From the NCBI GenBank assembly GCA_964016885.1, contig CAXHJY010000763.1, positions 1-64,000 on the forward strand: 64,000 nucleotides of DNA. Direction: 5' to 3'. Shown here piece after piece: positions 53,806-64,000 of this stretch (within the stretch, counting starts at the first letter, position 1; each line of letters opens with the position of its first letter). The position numbers were made by a program, and so were the translations under genes. Source of the DNA: Eledone cirrhosa (Eukaryota). Below the pieces are notes generated by a model. The model searched no databases, was not told where the DNA came from, and was given only the letters and a program-made list of their open reading frames with translations.

Positions 53806-56800
53806 TCACACCACACACAGCCAATGAGTGTCTGCACATATACCAGTAATTACAGATCGATCCGACCACGGGCGGCCGGCCCACGATCGAAAAGGTAACT
53901 CCGCCGGCAAATTCGCATTTTTGTGATTCGTTTCTTCGAAGCACACCATTCGCTGGTGGACTTCAGCTTCCTCATTTAGCATGGGCAGCTTTTCTTGAAA
54001 ATCACACCACACACAGCCAATGAGTGTCTGCACATATACCAGTAATTACAGATCGATCCGACCACAGGCGGCCGGCCCACGATCGAAAAGGTAACTCCGC
54101 CGGCAAATTCGCATTTTTGTGATTCGTTTCTTCGAAGCACACCATTCTTGGGTAGACTTCAGCTTCCGCATTTAGCATGGGCAGCTTTTCTTGAAAATCA
54201 CACCACACACAGCAAATGTGTGTCTGCACATGGACCAGTAATTACAGATCGATCCGACCATAGGCGGCCGGCCCACGATCGAAAAGGTAACTCCGCCAGC
54301 AAATTCGCATTTTTGTGATTCGTTTCTTCGAAGCACACCATTCGCTGGTGGACTTCAGCTTCCGCATTTAGCATGGGCAACGTTTCGTGAAAATCACACC
54401 ACACAGAGCAAATGTGTGTCTGCACATGGACCAGTAATTACAGATCGATCCGACCACAGGCGGCCGGCCCACGATCGAAAAGGTAACTCCGCCGGTAAAT
54501 AGTCATTTTTGTGATTCGTTTTCTTCGAAGCACACCATTCGCCGCCGGACTTTAGCTTCCTCATTTAGCATGGGTAGTTTTTCTTGAAAATCACACCACA
54601 CACAGCCAATGAGTGTCTGCACATATACCAGTAATTACAGATCGATCCGACCATGGGCGGCCGGCCCACGATCGGAAAGGTAACTCCGCCGGCAAATTCG
54701 CATTTTTGTGATTCGTTTCTTCGAAGCACACCATTCGCTGGTAGACTTCAGCTTCCGCATTTAGCATGGGCAGCGTTTCTTGAAAATCACACCACACACA
54801 GTCAATGAGTGTCTGCACATATACCAGTAATTACAGATCGATCCGACCACAGGCGGCCGGCCCACGATCGAAAAGGTAACTCCGCCGGCAAATTCGCATT
54901 TTTGTGATTCGTTTCTTCGAAGCACACCATTCGCTGGTGGACTTCAGCTTCCGCATTTAGCATGGGCAGCTGTTCTTGAAAATCACACCACACACAGCAA
55001 ATGTGTGTCTGCACATGGACCAGTAATTACAGATCGATCCGACCATAGGCGGCCGGCCCACGATCGAAAAGGTAACTCCGCCGGCAAATTCGCATTTTTG
55101 TGATTCGTTTCTTCGAAGCACACCATTCGCTGGTGGACTTCAGCTTCCGCATTTAGCATGGGCAACTTTTCTTGAAAATCACACCACACACAGGCAATGA
55201 GTGTCTGCACATGTACCAGTAATTACAAATCGATCCGACCACGGGCGGCCGGCCACGATCGAAAAGGTAACTCCGCCGGCAAATTCGCATTTTTGTGATT
55301 CGTTTCTTCGAAGCACACCATTCGCTGGTGGACTTCAGCTTCCTCATTTAGCATGGGCAGCTTTTCTTGAAAATCACACCACACACAGCCAATGAGTGTC
55401 TGCACATATACCAGTAATTACAGATCGATTCGACCACGGGCGGCCGGCCCACGATCGAAAAGGTAACTCCGCCGGCAAATTCGCATTTTTGTGATTCGTT
55501 TCTTCGAAGCACACCATTCGCTGGTGGACTTCAGCTTCCGCATTTAGCATGGGCAGCTTTTCTTGAAAATCACACCACACACTGCAAATGTGTGTTTGCA
55601 CATGGACCAGTAATTACAGATCGATCCGACCATAGGCGGCCGGCCCACGATCGAAAAGGTAACTCCGCCGGCAAATTCGCATTTTTGTGATTCGTTTCTT
55701 CGAAGCACACCATTCGCTGGTGGACTTCAGCTTCCGCATTTAGCATGGGCAACTTTTCTTGAAAATCACACCACACACAGGCAATGGGTGTCTGCACATG
55801 TACCAGTAATTACAAATCGATCCGACCACGGGCGGCCGGCCACGATCGAAAAGGTAACTCCGCCGGCAAATTCGCATTTTTGTGATTCGTTTCTTCGAAG
55901 CACACCATTCGCTGGTGGACTTCAGCCTCCTCATTTAGCATGGGCAGCTTTTCTTGAACATCACACCACACACAGCCAATGAGTGTCTGCACATATACCA
56001 GTAATTACAGATCGATCCGACCACGGGCGGCCGGCCCACGATCGAAAAGGTAACTCCGCCGGCAAATTCGCATTTTTGTGATTCGTTTCTTCGAAGCACA
56101 CCATTCGCTGGTGGACTTCAGCTTCCGCATTTAGCATAGGCAGCTTTTCTTGAACATCACACCACACACAGCCAATGAGTGTCTCCACATATACCAGTAA
56201 TTACAGATCGATCCGACCACGGGCGGCCGGCCCACGATCGAAAAGGTAACTCCGCCGGCAAATTCGCATTTTTGTGATTCGTTTCTTCGAAGCACACCAT
56301 TCGCTGGTAGACTTCAGCTTCCGCATTTAGCATGGGCAGCGTTTCTTGAAAATCACACCACACACAGTCAATGAGTGTCTGCACATATACCACTAATTAC
56401 AGATCGATCCGACCACAGGCGGCCGGCCCACGATCGAAAAGGTAACTCCGCCGGTAAATAGTCATTTTTGTGATTCGTTTTCTTCGAAGCACACCATTCG
56501 CCGCCGGACTTCAGCTTCCTCATTTAGCATGGGCAGTTTTTCTTGAACATCACACCACACACAGCCAATGAGTGTCTGCACATATACCAGTAATTACAGA
56601 TCGATCCGACCACGGGCGGCCGGCCCACGATCGAAAAGGTAACTCCGCCGGCAAATTCGCATTTTTGTGATTCGTTTCTTCGAAGCACACCATTCGCTGG
56701 TGGACTTCAGCTTCCTCATTTAGCATGGGCAGCTTTTCTTGAAAATCACACCACACACAGCCAATGAGTGTCTGCACATATACCAGTAATTACAGATCGA

Positions 56801-56989
56801 TCCGACCACAGGCGGCCGGCCCACGATCGAAAAGGTAACTCCGCCGGCAAATTCGCATTTTTGTGATTCGTTTCTTCGAAGCACACCATTCTTGGGTAGA
56901 CTTCAGCTTCCGCATTTAGCATGGGCAGCTTTTCTTGAAAATCACACCACACACAGCAAATGTGTGTCTGCACATGGACCAGTAATTAC

Positions 56990-59890
56990 AGATCGATCCG
57001 ACCACAGGCGGCCGGCCCACGATCGAAAAGGTAACTCCGCCGGTAAATAGTCATTTTTGTGATTCGTTTTCTTCGAAGCACACCATTCGCCGCCGGACTT
57101 TAGCTTCCTCATTTAGCATGGGTAGTTTTTCTTGAAAATCACACCACACACCGGCAATGAGTGTCTGCACATGCACCAGTAATTACAAATCGATCCGACC
57201 ACGGGCGGCCGGCCACGATCGAAAAGGTAACTCCGCCGGCAAATTCGCATTTTTGTGATTCGTTTCTTCGAAGCACACCATTCGCTGGTGGACTTCAGCT
57301 TCCTCATTTAGCATGGGCAGCTTTTTTTGAAAATCACACCACACACAGCCAATGAGTGTCTGCACATATACCAGTAATTACAGATCGATCCGACCACGGG
57401 CGGCCGGCCCACGATCGGAAAGGTAACTCCGCCGGCAAATTCGCATTTTTGTGATTCGTTTCTTCGAAGCACACCATTCGCTGGTGGACTTCAGCTTCCG
57501 CATTTAGCATGGGCAGCTGTTCTTGAAAATCACACCACACACAGCAAATGTGTGTCTGCACATGGACCAGTAATTACAGATCGATCCGACCATAGGCGGC
57601 CGGCCCACGATCGAAAAGGTAACTCCGCCGGCAAATTCGCATTTTTGTGATTCGTTTCTTCGAAGCACACCATTCGCTGGTGGACTTCAGCTTCCGCATT
57701 TAGCATGGGCAACTTTTCTTGAAAATCACACCACACACAGGCAATGAGTGTCTGCACATGTACCAGTAATTACAAATCGATCCGACCACGGGCGGCCGGC
57801 CACGATCGAAAAGGTAACTCCGCCGGCAAATTCGCATTTTTGTGATTCGTTTCTTCGAAGCACACCATTCGCTGGTGGACTTCAGCTTCCTCATTTAGCA
57901 TGGGCAGCTTTTCTTGAAAATCACACCACACACAGCCAATGAGTGTCTCCACATATACCAGTAATTACAGATCGATCCGACCACGGGCGGCCGGCCCACG
58001 ATCGAAAAGGTAACTCCGCCGGCAAATTCGCATTTTTGTGATTCGTTTCTTCGAAGCACACCATTCGCTGGTAGACTTCAGCTTCCGCATTTAGCATGGG
58101 CAGCGTTTCTTGAAAATCACACCACACACAGACAATGAGTGTCTGCACATATACCACTAATTACAGATCGATCCGACCACAGGCGGCCGGCCCACGATCG
58201 AAAAGGTAACTCCGCCGGTAAATAGTCATTTTTGTGATTCGTTTTCTTCGAAGCACACCATTCGCCGCCGGACTTCAGCTTCCTCATTTAGCATGGGCAG
58301 TTTTTCTTGAACATCACACCACACACAGCCAATGAGTGTCTGCACATATACCAGTAATTACAGATCGATCCGACCACGGGCGGCCGGCCCACGATCGAAA
58401 AGGTAACTCCGCCGGCAAATTCGCATTTTTGTGATTCGTTTCTTCGAAGCACACCATTCGCTGGTGGACTTCAGCTTCCTCATTTAGCATGGGCAGCTTT
58501 TCTTGAAAATCACACCACACACAGCCAATGAGTGTCTGCACATATACCAGTAATTACAGATCGATCCGACCACAGGCGGCCGGCCCACGATCGAAAAGGT
58601 AACTCCGCCGGCAAATTCGCATTTTTGTGATTCGTTTCTTCGAAGCACACCATTCTTGGGTAGACTTCAGCTTCCGCATTTAGCATGGGCAGCTTTTCTT
58701 GAAAATCACACCACACACAGCAAATGTGTGTCTGCACATGGACCAGTAATTACAGATCGATCCGACCATAGGCGGCCGGCCCACGATCGAAAAGGTAACT
58801 CCGCCAGCAAATTCGCATTTTTGTGATTCGTTTCTTCGAAGCACACCATTCGCTGGTGGACTTCAGCTTCCGCATTTAGCATGGGCAACGTTTCGTGAAA
58901 ATCACACCACACAGAGCAAATGTGTGTCTGCACATGGACCAGTAATTACAGATCGATCCGACCACAGGCGGCCGGCCCACGATCGAAAAGGTAACTCCGC
59001 CGGTAAATAGTCATTTTTGTGATTCGTTTTCTTCGAAGCACACCATTCGCCGCCGGACTTTAGCTTCCTCATTTAGCATGGGTAGTTTTTCTTGAAAATC
59101 ACACCACACACCGGCAATGAGTGTCTGCACATGCACCAGTAATTACAAATCGATCCGACCACGGGCGGCCGGCCACGATCGAAAAGGTAACTCCGCCGGC
59201 AAATTCGCATTTTTGTGATTCGTTTCTTCGAAGCACACCATTCGCTGGTGGACTTCAGCTTCCTCATTTAGCATGGGCAGCTTTTTTTGAAAATCACACC
59301 ACACACAGCCAATGAGTGTCTGCACATATACCAGTAATTACAGATCGATCCGACCACGGGCGGCCGGCCCACGATCGGAAAGGTAACTCCGCCGGCAAAT
59401 TCGCATTTTTGTGATTCGTTTCTTCGAAGCACACCATTCGCTGGTGGACTTCAGCTTCCGCATTTAGCATGGGCAGCTGTTCTTGAAAATCACACCACAC
59501 ACAGCAAATGTGTGTCTGCACATGGACCAGTAATTACAGATCGATCCGACCATAGGCGGCCGGCCCACGATCGAAAAGGTAACTCCGCCGGCAAATTCGC
59601 ATTTTTGTGATTCGTTTCTTCGAAGCACACCATTCGCTGGTGGACTTCAGCTTCCGCATTTAGCATGGGCAACTTTTCTTGAAAATCACACCACACACAG
59701 GCAATGAGTGTCTGCACATGTACCAGTAATTACAAATCGATCCGACCACGGGCGGCCGGCCACGATCGAAAAGGTAACTCCGCCGGCAAATTCGCATTTT
59801 TGTGATTCGTTTCTTCGAAGCACACCATTCGCTGGTGGACTTCAGCTTCCTCATTTAGCATGGGCAGCTTTTCTTGAAAATCACACCACA
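56990..59890 (+). repeat. 1960-bp (10-monomer) spaced repeat; about 5 monomers repeated near-exactly
   Basis: Offsets 57113/59073, 57334/59294, 57530/59490, 57700/59660. Marker GCTTTTTTTGAAA at about 57320 and 59280. Confidence 0.8.
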
Positions 59891-60469
59891 CACAGCCAAT
59901 GAGTGTCTGCACATATACCAGTAATTACAGATCGATCCGACCACGGGCGGCCGGCCCACGATCGAAAAGGTAACTCCGCCGGCAAATTCGCATTTTTGTG
60001 ATTCGTTTCTTCGAAGCACACCATTCGCTGGTGGACTTCAGCTTCCGCATTTAGCATGGGCAGCTTTTCTTGAAAATCACACCACACACTGCAAATGTGT
60101 GTCTGCACATGGACCAGTAATTACAGATCGATCCGACCATAGGCGGCCGGCCCACGATCGAAAAGGTAACTCCGCCGGCAAATTCGCATTTTTGTGATTC
60201 GTTTCTTCGAAGCACACCATTCGCTGCTGGACTTCAGCTTCCGCATTTAGCATGGGCAGCTTTTCTTGAACATCACACCACACACAGCCAATGAGTGTCT
60301 GCACATATACCAGTAATTACAGATCGATCCGACCAGAGGCGGCCGGCCCACGATCGAAAAGGTAACTCCGCCGGTAAATAGTCATTTTTGTGATTCGTTT
60401 TCTTCGAAGCACACCATTCGCCACCGGACTTCAGCTTCCTCATTTAGCATGGGCAGTTTTTCTTGAACA

Positions 60470-63213
60470 TCACACCACACACAGCCAATGAGTGTCTGCA
60501 CATATACCAGTAATTACAGATCGATCCGACCACGGGCGGCCGGCCCACGATCGAAAAGGTAACTCCGCCGGCAAATTCGCATTTTTGTGATTCGTTTCTT
60601 CGAAGCACACCATTCGCTGGTGGACTTCAGCTTCCGCATTTAGCATGGGCAGCTTTTCTTGAAAATCACACCACACACAGCAAATGTGTGTCTGCACATG
60701 GACCAGTAATTACAGATCGATCCGACCATAGGCGGCCGGCCCACGATCGAAAAGGTAACTCCGCCGGCAAATTCGCATTTTTGTGATTCGTTTCTTCGAA
60801 GCACACCATTCGCTGGTGGACTTCAGCTTCCGCATTTAGCATGGGCAGCTTTTCTTGAAAATCACACCACACACAGCAAATTTGTGTTTGCACATGGACC
60901 AGTAATTACAGATCGATCCGACCATAGGCGGCCGGCCCACGATCGAAAAGGTAACTCCGCCGGCAAATTCGCATTTTTGTGATTCGTTTCTTCGAAGCAC
61001 ACCATTCGCTGGTGGACTTCAGCTTCCGCATTTAGCATGGGCAACTTTTCTTGAAAATCACACCACACACAGGCAATGAGTGTCTGCACATGTACCAGTA
61101 ATTACAAATCGATCCGACCACGGGCGGCCGGCCACGATCGAAAAGGTAACTCCGCCGGCAAATTCGCATTTTTGTGATTCGTTTCTTCGAAGCACACCAT
61201 TCGCTGGTGGACTTCAGCTTCCTCATTTAGCATGGGCAGCTTTTCTTGAACATCACACCACACACAGCCAATGAGTGTCTGCACATATACCAGTAATTAC
61301 AGATCGATCCGACCACGGGCGGCCGGCCCACGATCGAAAAGGTAACTCCGCCGGCAAATTCGCATTTTTGTGATTCGTTTCTTCGAAGCACACCATTCGC
61401 TGGTGGACTTCAGCTTCCGCATTTAGCATGGGCAGCTTTTCTTGAACATCACACCACACACAGCCAATGAGTGTCTCCACATATACCAGTAATTACAGAT
61501 CGATCCGACCACGGGCGGCCGGCCCACGATCGAAAAGGTAACTCCGCCGGCAAATTCGCATTTTTGTGATTCGTTTCTTCGAAGCACACCATTCGCTGGT
61601 AGACTTCAGCTTCCGCATTTAGCATGGGCAGCGTTTCTTGAAAATCACACCACACACAGTCAATGAGTGTCTGCACATATACCACTAATTACAGATCGAT
61701 CCGACCAGAGGCGGCCGGCCCACGATCGAAAAGGTAACTCCGCCGGTAAATAGTCATTTTTGTGATTCGTTTTCTTCGAAGCACACCATTCGCCACCGGA
61801 CTTCAGCTTCCTCATTTAGCATGGGCAGTTTTTCTTGAACATCACACCACACACAGCCAATGAGTGTCTGCACATATACCAGTAATTACAGATCGATCCG
61901 ACCACGGGCGGCCGGCCCACGATCGAAAAGGTAACTCCGCCGGCAAATTCGCATTTTTGTGATTCGTTTCTTCGAAGCACACCATTCGCTGGTGGACTTC
62001 AGCTTCCGCATTTAGCATGGGCAGCTTTTCTTGAAAATCACACCACACACAGCAAATGTGTGTCTGCACATGGACCAGTAATTACAGATCGATCCGACGA
62101 TAGGCGGCCGGCCCACGATCGAAAAGGTAACTCCGCCGGCAAATTCGCATTTTTGTGATTCGTTTCTTCGAAGCACACCATTCGCTGGTGGACTTCAGCT
62201 TCCGCATTTAGTATGGGCACCTTTTCTTGAAAATCACACCACACACAGCAAATTTGTGTTTGCACATGGACCAGTAATTACAGATCGATCCGACCATAGG
62301 CGGCCGGCCCACGATCGAAAAGGTAACTCCGCCGGCAAATTCGCATTTTTGTGATTCGTTTCTTCGAAGCACACCATTCGCTGGTGGACTTCAGCTTCCG
62401 CATTTAGCATGGGCAACATTTCTTGAAAATCACACCACACACAGGCAATGAGTGTCTGCACATGTACCAGTAATTACAAATCGATCCGACCACGGGCGGC
62501 CGGCCACGATTGAAAAGGTAACTCCGCCGGCAAATTCGCATTTTTGTGATTCGTTTCTTCGAAGCACACCATTCGCTGGTGGACTTCAGCCTCCTCATTT
62601 AGCATGGGCAGCTTTTCTTGAACATCACACCACACACAGCCAATGAGTGTCTGCACATATACCAGTAATTACAGATCGATCCGACCACGGGCGGCCGGCC
62701 CACGATCGAAAAGGTAACTCCGCCGGCAAATTCGCATTTTTGTGATTCGTTTCTTCGAAGCACACCATTCGCTGGTGGACTTCAGCTTCCGCATTTAGCA
62801 TAGGCAGCTTTTCTTGAACATCACACCACACACAGCCAATGAGTGTCTCCACATATACCAGTAATTACAGATCGATCCGACCACGGGCGGCCGGCCCACG
62901 ATCGAAAAGGTAACTCCGCCGGCAAATTCGCATTTTTGTGATTCGTTTCTTCGAAGCACACCATTCGCTGGTAGACTTCAGCTTCCGCATTTAGCATGGG
63001 CAGCGTTTCTTGAAAATCACACCACACACAGTCAATGAGTGTCTGCACATATACCACTAATTACAGATCGATCCGACCACAGGCGGCCGGCCCACGATCG
63101 AAAAGGTAACTCCGCCGGTAAATAGTCATTTTTGTGATTCGTTTTCTTCGAAGCACACCATTCGCCGCCGGACTTCAGCTTCCTCATTTAGCATGGGCAG
63201 TTTTTCTTGAACA
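60470..63213 (+). repeat. Two tandem copies of the 1372-bp 7-monomer unit, part of a 9408-bp-offset copy of 50.9-54.6 kb
   Basis: Starts at 60470, 61842, 63214. Offsets 51062/60470, 52630/62038, 54198/63606 are all 9408. Confidence 0.88.
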
Positions 63214-64000
63214 TCACACCACACACAGCCAATGAGTGTCTGCACATATACCAGTAATTACAGATCGATCCGACCACGGGCGGCCGGCCCACGATCGAAA
63301 AGGTAACTCCGCCGGCAAATTCGCATTTTTGTGATTCGTTTCTTCGAAGCACACCATTCGCTGGTGGACTTCAGCTTCCTCATTTAGCATGGGCAGCTTT
63401 TCTTGAAAATCACACCACACACAGCCAATGAGTGTCTGCACATATACCAGTAATTACAGATCGATCCGACCACAGGCGGCCGGCCCACGATCGAAAAGGT
63501 AACTCCGCCGGCAAATTCGCATTTTTGTGATTCGTTTCTTCGAAGCACACCATTCTTGGGTAGACTTCAGCTTCCGCATTTAGCATGGGCAGCTTTTCTT
63601 GAAAATCACACCACACACAGCAAATGTGTGTCTGCACATGGACCAGTAATTACAGATCGATCCGACCATAGGCGGCCGGCCCACGATCGAAAAGGTAACT
63701 CCGCCAGCAAATTCGCATTTTTGTGATTCGTTTCTTCGAAGCACACCATTCGCTGGTGGACTTCAGCTTCCGCATTTAGCATGGGCAACGTTTCGTGAAA
63801 ATCACACCACACAGAGCAAATGTGTGTCTGCACATGGACCAGTAATTACAGATCGATCCGACCACAGGCGGCCGGCCCACGATCGAAAAGGTAACTCCGC
63901 CGGTAAATAGTCATTTTTGTGATTCGTTTTCTTCGAAGCACACCATTCGCCGCCGGACTTTAGCTTCCTCATTTAGCATGGGTAGTTTTTCTTGAAAATC

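Larger units (their letters stand above)
1..64000. repeat. Tandem satellite DNA array, about 324 monomers (196-bp family plus related 227-bp family), single orientation, open at both window edges
   Basis: The same motifs (GTAATTACAGATCGATCCGACC, GAAAAGGTAACTCCGCCGG, TTCTTCGAAGCACACCATTCG) recur every 195-197 or 227 bp across the window. ORF-track coordinates step by 196 or 227. No unique sequence seen. Confidence 0.99.

Noticed and set aside
144-63833. Hundreds of 60-116 aa ORFs (MQTLI...CVV, MWLWNQ..., MRKLKS..., MSAH...) as a tandem small-protein family
   Set aside because: They are translations of the satellite. They overlap each other, 196 and 227 are not multiples of 3, about 30% of monomers are frameshifted, and nonsense variants occur (about 37791, 38772, 45844). 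I recognise no domain.
1-64000. CRISPR-like or cassette array with conserved repeats and variable spacers
   Set aside because: The variable parts are point variants of one sequence, not unique spacers. No cas, integrase or reverse transcriptase gene is present.

Overview
The whole 64 kb window is one uninterrupted, head-to-tail satellite DNA array in a single orientation. It looks like eukaryotic centromeric or heterochromatic DNA, but I cannot name the organism or repeat family. By hand count it holds 305 short-class monomers (212 x 196 bp, 52 x 195 bp, 41 x 197 bp; consensus about 50% GC) and 19 long-class 227-bp monomers (one truncated by the window edge). The long monomers sit in four blocks, all within the first 24.8 kb. 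I see no credible genes, RNA genes, CRISPR array, transposon insertion or inversion; every ORF in the track is a translation of the monomer. The interest lies in the architecture: (i) two related monomer families differing by 31 bp, joined by mappable recombinant junctions; (ii) a 197-bp subtype carrying long-family diagnostic bases; (iii) a recurring 7-monomer unit remodelled into nested higher-order repeats (HORs) of 4692, 2156, 2546, 2744, 1960 and 9408 bp; (iv) -1 and +1 indel variants that nearly cancel; (v) a CpG-decay polarity between the families; (vi) a conserved, palindrome-rich core. I found no evidence for a new protein-coding system. All counts were made by eye from the sequence and ORF-track offsets and should be recomputed.
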